Shown: one piece after another, positions 8,332 through 17,724 of the stretch
How the letters are laid out: every line of letters begins with the position of its first letter
How positions within the stretch are numbered: position 1 is the stretch's first letter
Translations under genes and position numbers: made by a program
Source of the DNA: Bacillus subtilis subsp. subtilis str. 168
GTDB taxonomy: Bacteria; Bacillota; Bacilli; Bacillales; Bacillaceae
Reading direction: 5' to 3'
Assembly: GCF_000009045.1 (NCBI RefSeq)
Contig: NC_000964.3
Location: forward strand, 300,001 to 332,000
Length of the DNA: 32,000 bases
Notes under the pieces: generated by a model
Told to the model about the DNA's origin: nothing
The model's database searches: none
Seen by the model: the letters and a program-made list of their open reading frames with translations, nothing else

Positions 8332-9291
8332 ATGTTTAAAAAATGGAGCGGTTTGTTTGTGATTGCAGCGTGCTTTTTATTAGTTGCAGCATGCGGCAAC
8401 TCATCAACAAAAGGGTCGGCGGATTCAAAGGGTGATAAACTGCACGTTGTCACAACGTTCTACCCGATGTATGAATTCACAAAACAAATTGTAAAAGACA
8501 AAGGCGATGTGGATCTGTTAATCCCATCTTCCGTTGAACCGCATGATTGGGAACCGACGCCGAAAGACATTGCCAACATTCAGGATGCTGATTTGTTCGT
8601 TTATAATAGTGAATACATGGAGACATGGGTTCCGTCAGCTGAAAAAAGCATGGGCCAAGGCCATGCCGTTTTCGTTAATGCAAGCAAAGGCATTGATTTA
8701 ATGGAAGGCTCTGAAGAAGAACACGAAGAGCATGATCATGGGGAGCATGAGCACAGTCATGCAATGGACCCTCACGTATGGCTTAGCCCTGTTCTGGCAC
8801 AGAAGGAAGTTAAAAATATTACGGCTCAAATCGTGAAGCAGGACCCGGATAACAAAGAATACTATGAGAAAAATAGTAAAGAATATATTGCAAAACTGCA
8901 GGATCTTGATAAACTATATCGTACAACCGCAAAAAAAGCGGAGAAAAAAGAATTTATCACGCAGCATACAGCTTTTGGCTATCTGGCAAAAGAATACGGC
9001 TTGAAGCAGGTTCCGATTGCAGGGCTTTCACCTGACCAAGAACCGAGCGCAGCCAGCTTGGCAAAGCTGAAAACATATGCCAAAGAACATAATGTAAAAG
9101 TTATTTACTTTGAAGAAATTGCATCCTCAAAGGTCGCAGATACGCTCGCCAGTGAAATCGGCGCGAAGACAGAAGTGCTGAATACACTGGAAGGCTTGAG
9201 CAAAGAAGAACAGGATAAAGGTTTAGGGTATATCGACATTATGAAACAAAACCTCGATGCCCTGAAAGATTCACTATTGGTTAAATCATAA
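8332..9291 (+). CDS. znuA: High-affinity zinc ABC transporter, substrate-binding lipoprotein (319 aa; also called adcA or ycdH)
   Basis: Lipobox LLVAAC-GNSS. Cluster-9 SBP fold motifs are present. It has the His/acidic loop EEEHEEHDHGEHEHSHAMDPH typical of Zn-specific ZnuA/AdcA. Confidence 0.92.
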   Translation: MFKKWSGLFVIAACFLLVAACGNSSTKGSADSKGDKLHVVTTFYPMYEFTKQIVKDKGDVDLLIPSSVEPHDWEPTPKDIANIQDADLFVYNSEYMETWVPSAEKSMGQGHAVFVNASKGIDLMEGSEEEHEEHDHGEHEHSHAMDPHVWLSPVLAQKEVKNITAQIVKQDPDNKEYYEKNSKEYIAKLQDLDKLYRTTAKKAEKKEFITQHTAFGYLAKEYGLKQVPIAGLSPDQEPSAASLAKLKTYAKEHNVKVIYFEEIASSKVADTLASEIGAKTEVLNTLEGLSKEEQDKGLGYIDIMKQNLDALKDSLLVKS

Positions 9292-9292
9292 G

Positions 9293-9328
9293 ATAGTGTG
9301 CGCCGGAGGGGTGCACACTATTTCTTTG
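9293..9328 (+). terminator. Intercistronic hairpin / partial terminator between znuA and znuC
   Basis: Stem atagtgtgc (9293-9301) pairs with gcacactat (9313-9321), extendable by 2 bp, followed by TTTCTTTG. It sits inside an apparent operon. Confidence 0.55.
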
Positions 9329-9346
9329 TGAGAAAGGAAGATTAAC

Positions 9347-10842
<1,496 letters not shown>

Positions 10843-10845
10843 CAT

Positions 10846-10881
10846 GAAAAGCAGTTTTCCCTAGGGAAAACTGCTTTTTTT
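10846..10881. terminator. Bidirectional terminator shared by znuB (+) and yceB (-)
   Basis: A 15-bp inverted repeat, aaaagcagttttccc with gggaaaactgctttt, is flanked by an A-run on the left and a T-run on the right. The T-run overlaps the yceB stop codon. Confidence 0.85.
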
Positions 10882-11875
10882 ATAGAAACAATTCGGCAAG
10901 GCGCTCATAAGATTCTTTTTTCGCCTCAAAATCAAACACATTGCACAGAACCATGATTTCATTTGTTTCGTAGCAGCCTGTGAGGTCTAACAGCTGTTGT
11001 TTGACAGTGGTGGGAGAACCGATCACCATCCGCTTTCTGTTTTCTTCTATGAGTTTTTTATCGGACGCTGTATAGGGATGAGCTTTCGCTTCCTCGATGC
11101 TTGGCACGCGGCTGTCCAAGCCTTTTCCGACGCGAAGAAGCCACAGATCCTGGCTTAATGCGAGTTCTTCTGCCTCTTCATCTGTTTTTGCGCAAATGAC
11201 AAAAATCGTAAACAGTGCGGATGGATTCGAAAAATGGGCTGAGGGCCGAAAGCTTTCCCGGTAGATGCGGAATGCATTTTCTCCTCGCTCGGGATTAATG
11301 AAATGCCCAAATACATATCCAATCCCCTGGTGCGCCGCGCGTCTTGCGCTGTTTTCACCAAGACCGAGCACCCATAGCTCGGGTGCCGTACCAATAAGGG
11401 GCGCCGCTTTGATTCCGGCATACGGATGGTCGGGAGGAAGGGAATCTGTTAGAAAATAAGAGACATCCTGCAGCTGTCTGTTAAATTCGGTTAAGCTTTT
11501 TTTCACCCCGTCCGTTAATGCAAGTCTGGTTTTTGTCGTGCCGCCGGGGGAGCGACCGACGCCGAGGTCAATCCGGTTTGGATACAGGGCCTCAAGCTGG
11601 CGAAAGGTTTCAGCCACTTTAAATGGGCTGTATTGGGGCAGAAGCACGCCGCCTGATCCGACACGAATGGTGTTTGTCTGTGCTGCGATGCGGGCGATCA
11701 TGATTTCAGGCGCTGTGCTTGCCAGTCCTTTCGTGCTGTGATGCTCGGCAAACCAATAACGCTTATAGCCCCACTGTTCGCTTAATTGGGCAAGCTCAAC
11801 CGAATGCTGGAGAGTTGTCACAGGGCTTTCTCCTTTAGAAACAGGTGCCTGATCAAGTATGCTTAAATGAATCAA
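10880..11875 (-). CDS. yceB: Luciferase-like (LLM class) flavin-dependent oxidoreductase (331 aa)
   Basis: ORF frame 10880..11926. The likely start is TTG at 11875 (MIHLSILDQAPV, a typical LLM N-terminus), about 7 nt after AAAGGAAG. No RBS precedes the ATG at 11926. Confidence 0.85.
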   Translation of the reverse strand: MIHLSILDQAPVSKGESPVTTLQHSVELAQLSEQWGYKRYWFAEHHSTKGLASTAPEIMIARIAAQTNTIRVGSGGVLLPQYSPFKVAETFRQLEALYPNRIDLGVGRSPGGTTKTRLALTDGVKKSLTEFNRQLQDVSYFLTDSLPPDHPYAGIKAAPLIGTAPELWVLGLGENSARRAAHQGIGYVFGHFINPERGENAFRIYRESFRPSAHFSNPSALFTIFVICAKTDEEAEELALSQDLWLLRVGKGLDSRVPSIEEAKAHPYTASDKKLIEENRKRMVIGSPTTVKQQLLDLTGCYETNEIMVLCNVFDFEAKKESYERLAELFL

Positions 11876-12044
11876 AAGGCCGCTTCCTTTCTGTCTGTTT
11901 TTAGATGGTGACACCAGAATAGGCAAAATGACTTGCCCGCGTCAAATGGTTTGTTTAAGAAGCGCACTTTATAGCATTTGCAAATCATATATCAAATATG
12001 GAAGTTTTTTTTCGAGGTTTTTCGTCAATTATTCTTAACTTTTA

Positions 12045-12073
12045 CGAAACTTTGATATAATAACAAACGTATA
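12045..12073 (+). promoter_or_regulatory. Candidate ECF-sigma (SigW/SigM/SigX-type) promoter of the yceC operon
   Basis: cGAAAC (12045-12050), a 17-nt spacer, then CGTATA (12068-12073). Compare the ECF consensus TGAAAC-N16/17-CGTA. Confidence 0.5.
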
Positions 12074-12115
12074 TATTAGTAATTTACGGCTTATTTTCCT
12101 TGTGAGCGTAAAAAT

Positions 12116-12137
12116 AAATGTGACTATCTTCACATTT
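12116..12137. promoter_or_regulatory. Perfect 8-bp inverted repeat AAATGTGA-N6-TCACATTT in the yceC leader (Rex/Fnr/CRP-type palindrome or 5'-UTR hairpin)
   Basis: aaatgtga (12116-12123), ctatct, tcacattt (12130-12137). It sits 8 nt upstream of the AGGAG RBS. Confidence 0.4.
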
Positions 12138-12158
12138 TGATGAGTAGGAGTGAATCGT

Positions 12159-12758
12159 GTGGCAATTTCTTTAGAAAAAGGTCAACGAATTGATTTAACA
12201 AAAGGAAAAGCCGGTCTGTCAAAATTGATGGTCGGTCTCGGCTGGGACCCAGTGTCCTCAGGCGGAGGATTCTTCAGCAAACTGCTTGGCGGAGGCGGTC
12301 CGAATATCGACTGTGACGCTTCAGTGCTGATGCTGGAAAACGGAAAATTCACCGATAAGAAAAACCTGATTTATTTCGGCAACCTGAAAAGCCGCTGCGG
12401 CGGTGTACAGCATACAGGCGACAACCTGACGGGTGACGGTGCGGGCGATGACGAGCAAATTATGATAGATTTAGATAAAGTGCCTGGAAACATCGATAAG
12501 CTTGTATTTGTAGTGAACATTTACGATTGTGTCAGAAGAAAACAAGATTTCGGCATGATTCAAAATGCGTTTATCCGCGTAGTTGATCAATCTAATCACG
12601 AGGAAATGCTCAAGTACAATTTGAGAGACAATTACGCCGGCAGAACAAGCCTGATTACAGCAGAAATCTACCGCAGCGGCAGTGAGTGGAAGTTTGCGGC
12701 GGTCGGTGAAGGCACAAACGATACGAGATTAGAAGATATTATCAGTCGATACGTATAA
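12159..12758 (+). CDS. yceC: TerD-family stress protein (199 aa) with a Gly-rich insertion
   Basis: GTG 12159 is 8 nt after AGGAG (12146-12150). The GTG at 12150 overlaps the RBS. It carries the TerD motif GDNLTGDGAGDDE. Confidence 0.88.
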   Translation: MAISLEKGQRIDLTKGKAGLSKLMVGLGWDPVSSGGGFFSKLLGGGGPNIDCDASVLMLENGKFTDKKNLIYFGNLKSRCGGVQHTGDNLTGDGAGDDEQIMIDLDKVPGNIDKLVFVVNIYDCVRRKQDFGMIQNAFIRVVDQSNHEEMLKYNLRDNYAGRTSLITAEIYRSGSEWKFAAVGEGTNDTRLEDIISRYV

Positions 12759-12779
12759 AAGAAAAGGAGTGGATGAAAC

Positions 12780-13361
12780 ATGACAATTTCATTGGCAAAA
12801 GGACAAAAAGTAGATTTAACAAAAACAAATCCGGGTCTTTCAAAGGTTGTTGTCGGTTTAGGCTGGGATACGAACAAGTATGACGGCGGGCACGACTTTG
12901 ATCTTGACTCAAGTGTGTTTCTGTTAGACGCCGCGGGCAAATGCGCGTCACCAAACGACTTTATTTTCTACAACCAGCTTGAAGGCGGCAACGGTTCAGT
13001 CGTTCATTCAGGCGACAACCTGACTGGTGCTGGCGAAGGCGACGATGAGAATGTAAAAGTAAATCTCAGCGCTGTACCGGCAAACATTGATAAAATCTCA
13101 TTTGTTATTACCATTCACGATGCAGAAGCGCGCAGCCAAAACTTTGGACAAGTATCAAACGCGTTTGTCCGCATCGTAAATGAAGAAACAAATGAAGAGC
13201 TCATCCGTTACGATCTTGCAGAAGATTTCTCTATTGAAACGGCAATCATTGCAGGGGAGCTTTACAGACATAACGGCGAGTGGAAATTCTCAGCAATCGG
13301 CTCAGGCTACCAAGGCGGCCTTGCCCGCATTGCAACAGACTACGGTTTGCAAGTCGGTTAA
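12780..13361 (+). CDS. yceD: TerD-family stress protein (193 aa)
   Basis: RBS AAGGAG. Motifs are GLGWD, DLDSS and [13 protein letters not shown]. Confidence 0.92.
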   Translation: MTISLAKGQKVDLTKTNPGLSKVVVGLGWDTNKYDGGHDFDLDSSVFLLDAAGKCASPNDFIFYNQLEGGNGSVVHSGDNLTGAGEGDDENVKVNLSAVPANIDKISFVITIHDAEARSQNFGQVSNAFVRIVNEETNEELIRYDLAEDFSIETAIIAGELYRHNGEWKFSAIGSGYQGGLARIATDYGLQVG

Positions 13362-13395
13362 GACAAATACGAAGAGCAGAAAGGAGAGAGGCAGT

Positions 13396-13974
13396 ATGGC
13401 CATTCAATTATCAAAAGGACAGCGCATTGATTTAACAAAAACAAATCCGGGACTGACTAAAGCGGTGATCGGCTTAGGCTGGGATACAAACAAGTACTCC
13501 GGCGGACACGATTTTGACCTGGATGCTTCGGCCTTTTTAGTTGATGCGCATGATAACTGCGTAAATGATCTCGATTTCGTCTTCTATAATAACCTTGAAC
13601 ATCCGAGCGGCGGTGTCATCCATACGGGTGACAACCGCACGGGTGAGGGCGACGGAGATGATGAGCAGATTATCGTTGATTTCTCAAAAATCCCTGCTCA
13701 CATTGAGAAAATCGGCATCACAGTGACCATTCACGACGCTGAAGCACGCAGCCAAAACTTTGGACAAGTTTCCAATGCATTTGTCCGCGTTGTGGATGAA
13801 GAAACGCAGAATGAGCTTCTTCGCTTCGATTTGGGAGAAGACTTCTCCATTGAAACAGCTGTTGTCGTTTGTGAGCTTTACAGACACGGCGGCGAGTGGA
13901 AATTCAATGCAATCGGCAGCGGATTTTCCGGCGGGCTGGCTGCATTGTGCCGGAATTACGGTTTGCAAGTGTAA
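13396..13974 (+). CDS. yceE: TerD-family stress protein (192 aa), close paralog of YceD
   Basis: ATG 13396 follows [26 protein letters not shown] aligns with the YceD N-terminus. Motif [13 protein letters not shown] is present. Confidence 0.92.
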   Translation: MAIQLSKGQRIDLTKTNPGLTKAVIGLGWDTNKYSGGHDFDLDASAFLVDAHDNCVNDLDFVFYNNLEHPSGGVIHTGDNRTGEGDGDDEQIIVDFSKIPAHIEKIGITVTIHDAEARSQNFGQVSNAFVRVVDEETQNELLRFDLGEDFSIETAVVVCELYRHGGEWKFNAIGSGFSGGLAALCRNYGLQV

Positions 13975-14024
13975 GCGAGTGACAAATAGAGAAGTCACCG
14001 TTTCAAATTATAGGAGGAAAAAAC

Positions 14025-14798
14025 TTGGACTTTTTACATCATATTTTGTCTACGTATGCTTCATTTTTCGATTGGAAAATGTGGGGGGAAGTTCTGACTG
14101 ATCCTGTTTCCTGGGGTTTGATCGGTTCCCTTGTTGTTCTGGAAGGCCTTTTATCGGCCGATAACGCGCTTGTTCTTGCGGTCATGGTTAAACACCTGCC
14201 GGAAAAACAGCGGAAAAAAGCGTTAACGTATGGTTTGTTTGGAGCTTATATTTTCAGGTTTATTTTCATCGGGCTCGGTATGCTTCTCATTAAATTCTGG
14301 TGGATCAAGGTGCTTGGCGCGCTTTACCTGGCTTGGCTCGTCATTAAGCACTTCTGGATAGGCGAAAAAGAAGAGGAAGCGGACGGCATGAAGAAAAACT
14401 CTTGGATGGTCCGCACGTTCGGGATCTTCTGGGCGACTGTCATTTCAGTAGAATTAATGGATCTTGCCTTCTCTGTGGACAGCATCCTGGCCGCGTTTGC
14501 AGTATCTGAAAAAGTATGGGTGCTTCTGATTGGCGGTATGCTTGGTATTTTAATGATGCGTACAGTGGCAAAAGTGTTCCTTGTGCTGATTGATAAAATT
14601 CCTGAGCTGGAAAACACAGCATTCGTCTTAATCGGCATTATCGCGCTGAAAATGGCGGGGAGCGCTTTCCATTACGAAATGCCGCACTCTGTATTCTTCA
14701 TTATCATTATCGCTGCATTTGCGGTAACATTGATCATTCACTACATCAATAAACAAAAGCAGGTGCGCGAACAAACAGCCGCTTCAAAAGAAGAATAA
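14025..14798 (+). CDS. yceF: TerC-family integral membrane protein (257 aa; also called meeF)
   Basis: The TTG start follows AGGAGG (14012-14017). It is multi-TM, with the TerC hallmarks LSADNALV and FSVDSILA. Confidence 0.9.
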   Translation: MDFLHHILSTYASFFDWKMWGEVLTDPVSWGLIGSLVVLEGLLSADNALVLAVMVKHLPEKQRKKALTYGLFGAYIFRFIFIGLGMLLIKFWWIKVLGALYLAWLVIKHFWIGEKEEEADGMKKNSWMVRTFGIFWATVISVELMDLAFSVDSILAAFAVSEKVWVLLIGGMLGILMMRTVAKVFLVLIDKIPELENTAFVLIGIIALKMAGSAFHYEMPHSVFFIIIIAAFAVTLIIHYINKQKQVREQTAASKEE

Positions 14799-14806
14799 AA
14801 CAAAAC

Positions 14807-14837
14807 AAGGAGGGAGGTTCAATGTCCTTCCTTTTTT
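14807..14837 (+). terminator. Moderate intrinsic terminator / attenuator after yceF
   Basis: A 9-bp stem, aaggaggga with tccttcctt (one G.U pair), has a 9-nt loop and a T6 tract. Confidence 0.55.
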
Positions 14838-14879
14838 GTTACCGAAATATCGTTTCAATGACAAACCGGAAAGGAGGAT

Positions 14880-16496
14880 ATGATGAGACAAGAAGAACTA
14901 ACCATTCATAAAGCACTTCCGGCTGATGGCGATTGGAAAAGCCTGCTGTTTCAGCCATTGCCGGAGCGGGATCACTATGAAACTGCACAAGGCCTTTCTT
15001 TTTCTCGTCTTGCCGGTCAGATATTGGGCACGCCTATTGATGAGACGGACTACTATAACGAGCTGTATGAGCTGTCTGTAAACGACCGCATAACGATTTT
15101 GAGTGAAACGCTTGATAAAACAATCGAACCGGAAACATTTCAAAAGCTTCAGCATATTCATTCCATCAATCAGAAAGAAAAAGGGCTGTCAGTCAGCCGC
15201 TTTGTTGCCTTTCTGGACGGGGAAAAGCTGATTGCGAAGCACTCAAATCCCTTGATGCACCGCCATTTAAGAAAAGCGTTGATGACGCTTTTACATACCT
15301 TTGCGGACAGTCATGAAAAGGGGCTGAATCATCCTGATTTTCGCAGAGTGCTGCTTGATGTCTCGAAGTTTTCCTTAAACCATCTGAACCCTTGGCTGGA
15401 AAAAACCGATATAGAGCGGGAGATGCCGAAGGTTGTTTGGTATGGAGATGCGACGAAAAGCCAGCTCTATTTCTTATATTATCTGATGCTGGTCGGCTGT
15501 GATGTACTGCTGTTCCATCCGGCGGGAACGGATCAGCTGGCGCTTGTCGACCCGAAGCAGGAGCTCGGTTTTACGGAAAAGCTCCCGGATGTTTCGGAGC
15601 TTCAGCCGTTTCCGAAAGAAAAACCAGACCGGAAATCAACAGTGGCTTACCGCTCAACAAAGGAAATTGAACATGTGCTGAATCACGAGGAATCCATGCT
15701 ATATAAGCCGTGGCAGTTCAGAGATCACACACCGGTGTCCGTTACGCTGAAAACGACCTATGATGAATTGTTTTTAATCACGAAAGAACGCGCCTTTATT
15801 CGGCCGAATTTCAAAGCTGATAAACATTCCATTGAGATTCCGAATGTATTCGCCAAAATTATGGGCGTGTCGAAAGACAATAAGGAATATTGGAACAGGC
15901 TTCATACTCTAGCGGATTATCAGGAAACAGAAATGGTCAGAAGCTTTCCATTTACAGAAGAAATAAAGTCGAACTATCAATTTCACTACAGCCACGCACT
16001 TGATCAAGAAGGGAACATTGATCCGGACAAGCTGATGGCAAGCAATGTGTGGCAGTACAAACAGCTGCCGGCGGGCGTTCAGACTGCCATTGCCAAAACG
16101 ATTTCGAGAATGTGCAGGTACCCGCGGCTTAAAGCCTTGCATCAGGAACAAGTCAAGGATGTTCAAATCTATTTGTTTAAACAAACAACAAACCTGCCTG
16201 CTAATCTGCTGAAATTGATTCAAATGTTCGACTATGCGCAAACCGTTCCGAAACTCGTTTTATATCATACGGAAATGAGCGGCGGACTCACGCGTTCGGA
16301 TGCTGCCGCCCTGCTGTTCCTGAATGAAATCGGAATCGATATCATCATTTATAATCCGCCCGGACACCAAGATATTGAGCAGTTTATTGAAGAGGATCAG
16401 TATGATATCCACTGGCTGGATGACATGGTGTTTCAGCAGGACTACAAAGAGCCTTCGCTTGTGAAAAGGCTCTTCAGAACCATTACCCAAAAATAA
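14880..16496 (+). CDS. yceG: Uncharacterised YceG protein (about 537 aa), conserved partner of TelA/TerD clusters
   Basis: ORF track entry. AAGGAGG lies just upstream (start ATG 14880 or 14883). An internal repeat of a PK(V/L)V.Y...G.D(V/I)(L/I)(L/I).(H/N)P.G module is visible. Confidence 0.88.
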   Translation: MMRQEELTIHKALPADGDWKSLLFQPLPERDHYETAQGLSFSRLAGQILGTPIDETDYYNELYELSVNDRITILSETLDKTIEPETFQKLQHIHSINQKEKGLSVSRFVAFLDGEKLIAKHSNPLMHRHLRKALMTLLHTFADSHEKGLNHPDFRRVLLDVSKFSLNHLNPWLEKTDIEREMPKVVWYGDATKSQLYFLYYLMLVGCDVLLFHPAGTDQLALVDPKQELGFTEKLPDVSELQPFPKEKPDRKSTVAYRSTKEIEHVLNHEESMLYKPWQFRDHTPVSVTLKTTYDELFLITKERAFIRPNFKADKHSIEIPNVFAKIMGVSKDNKEYWNRLHTLADYQETEMVRSFPFTEEIKSNYQFHYSHALDQEGNIDPDKLMASNVWQYKQLPAGVQTAIAKTISRMCRYPRLKALHQEQVKDVQIYLFKQTTNLPANLLKLIQMFDYAQTVPKLVLYHTEMSGGLTRSDAAALLFLNEIGIDIIIYNPPGHQDIEQFIEEDQYDIHWLDDMVFQQDYKEPSLVKRLFRTITQK

Positions 16497-16511
16497 GGAG
16501 AGAAGAAAAGC

Positions 16512-17603
16512 ATGACAACAGAAAATCAAAATCCGCTTGTTCTCGATAAAAATGAAGAGATTTCCCAGCAAAAAGCTGACGATATCCGTCTTCAGCTCCG
16601 TCAGGAACCAGAAGTGAAGCGGCTTGCTCAACAAATTGACGTCAAAAACCAAATGGAGCTGCTTGAGTACGGCAAGGAGCCGGCCGTTGAAATATCCAAG
16701 TTCTCTGACCGCATCTTGGGGATGATGAAAACAACAAGCGTGACAGACTCCGGCACAATGCTGACTCAGCTTGGGAAAATCATGGACCGCTTCGACAAAA
16801 ATGATTTTGATGAGCCAAAGGGATTAATGGCGAAAATTTTCAAACGCGGCGGCAGCATGATTGAAAAAATCTTTAAAAAGTATCAGACGCTTGGCGGAGA
16901 GATTGAAAAAATCCACGTTGAGATTTCAAAATACAAAGATGAGATGACGAAGACGAACTACACGCTCGATGAAATGTATGAAAACAATATCAAATACTAT
17001 ATGGAGCTTGAAAAATACGTCGTTGCCGGGCAGATGAAACTGGAAGAGATGCAGTCGATCCTTCCTTCATATGAGGAAAAAGCGGCAAGCGGGAACCAGC
17101 TGGCGCAAATGCAGCTCGATACGTTGCGCAACGGCATTCAGGCGCTTGAGGAACGGGTGTATGATCTTGACATGGCACGGATGGTGGCGCTTCAAACCGC
17201 ACCTCAAATCCGTCTCCTGCAGCGAGGAAATGCAAAGCTGATCGGGAAAATCAACTCCGCGTTTATCATTACCATTCCGATTTTCAAAAACGGCATTATT
17301 CAGGCTGTTACGGTAAAGCGGCAAAAGCTTGTGGCTGATTCCATGAGCGAGCTTGACCGCCGGACAAACGAGATGCTGAAACGAAATGCTGAAAACATCT
17401 CGAGCCAAAGTGTTGAAATTGCGAGAATGGCCGGCAGACCGAGCATAGATATTGAAACGATTGAATCGTCTTGGAACACGATTGTCAGCGGCATGCAGGA
17501 AACAAAACAAATCGAAGAAGAAAACAAGCGCCTCCGCGAAGACGGCGCGAGACGAATTGCCCAGCTTCAGGATAATATTAAAAAAGCAGCATTGCAGCAA
17601 TAA
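16512..17603 (+). CDS. yceH: TelA-like toxic-anion-resistance family protein (363 aa)
   Basis: RBS AAGGAGAG. It is a long, coiled-coil-rich protein typical of TelA/KlaA and starts 16 nt after yceG. Confidence 0.9.
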   Translation: MTTENQNPLVLDKNEEISQQKADDIRLQLRQEPEVKRLAQQIDVKNQMELLEYGKEPAVEISKFSDRILGMMKTTSVTDSGTMLTQLGKIMDRFDKNDFDEPKGLMAKIFKRGGSMIEKIFKKYQTLGGEIEKIHVEISKYKDEMTKTNYTLDEMYENNIKYYMELEKYVVAGQMKLEEMQSILPSYEEKAASGNQLAQMQLDTLRNGIQALEERVYDLDMARMVALQTAPQIRLLQRGNAKLIGKINSAFIITIPIFKNGIIQAVTVKRQKLVADSMSELDRRTNEMLKRNAENISSQSVEIARMAGRPSIDIETIESSWNTIVSGMQETKQIEEENKRLREDGARRIAQLQDNIKKAALQQ

Positions 17604-17605
17604 TA

Positions 17606-17640
17606 AAAACCCCGCTTGTGGAACATAAGCGGGGTATTTC
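17606..17640 (+). terminator. Rho-independent terminator after yceH
   Basis: Stem ccccgctt (17610-17617) pairs with aagcgggg (17627-17634), followed by TATTTC. Confidence 0.75.
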
Positions 17641-17724
17641 AATTACATCATTTAGTTAATGACAATGTGTAAAGACAGGTGTAAACTTAAACGGTAATCA
17701 TTTTGCATATCAGAGGTGTTGGCA

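Noticed and set aside
11876-11926. An upstream ATG start for yceB, which would give a 348-aa product.
   Set aside because: No RBS precedes it. The TTG at 11875 has one and gives the canonical LLM N-terminus. The call is not certain without proteomics.
11953-11985. A possible SigB promoter (GTTTAA...) upstream of yceC.
   Set aside because: A GTTTAA hexamer is present, but there is no GGG(A/T)AT -10 element at the required 12-15-nt spacing.
13180-13395. A 72-codon upstream extension of yceE that overlaps the yceD 3' end.
   Set aside because: It lies out of frame within yceD. The ATG at 13396 has a proper AAGGAG RBS and aligns with the N-termini of YceC and YceD.
17067-17642. A 191-aa antisense ORF inside yceH. 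Similar long antisense or overlapping ORFs occur at 6243-6725, 16260-16652, 22027-22401, 24843-25250, 27049-27477, 30131-30523, 31007-31426 and 98-298.
   Set aside because: All lie wholly within well-supported genes on the other strand or in another frame. They lack RBSs and have low-complexity or Cys/Arg-rich translations typical of shadow ORFs.
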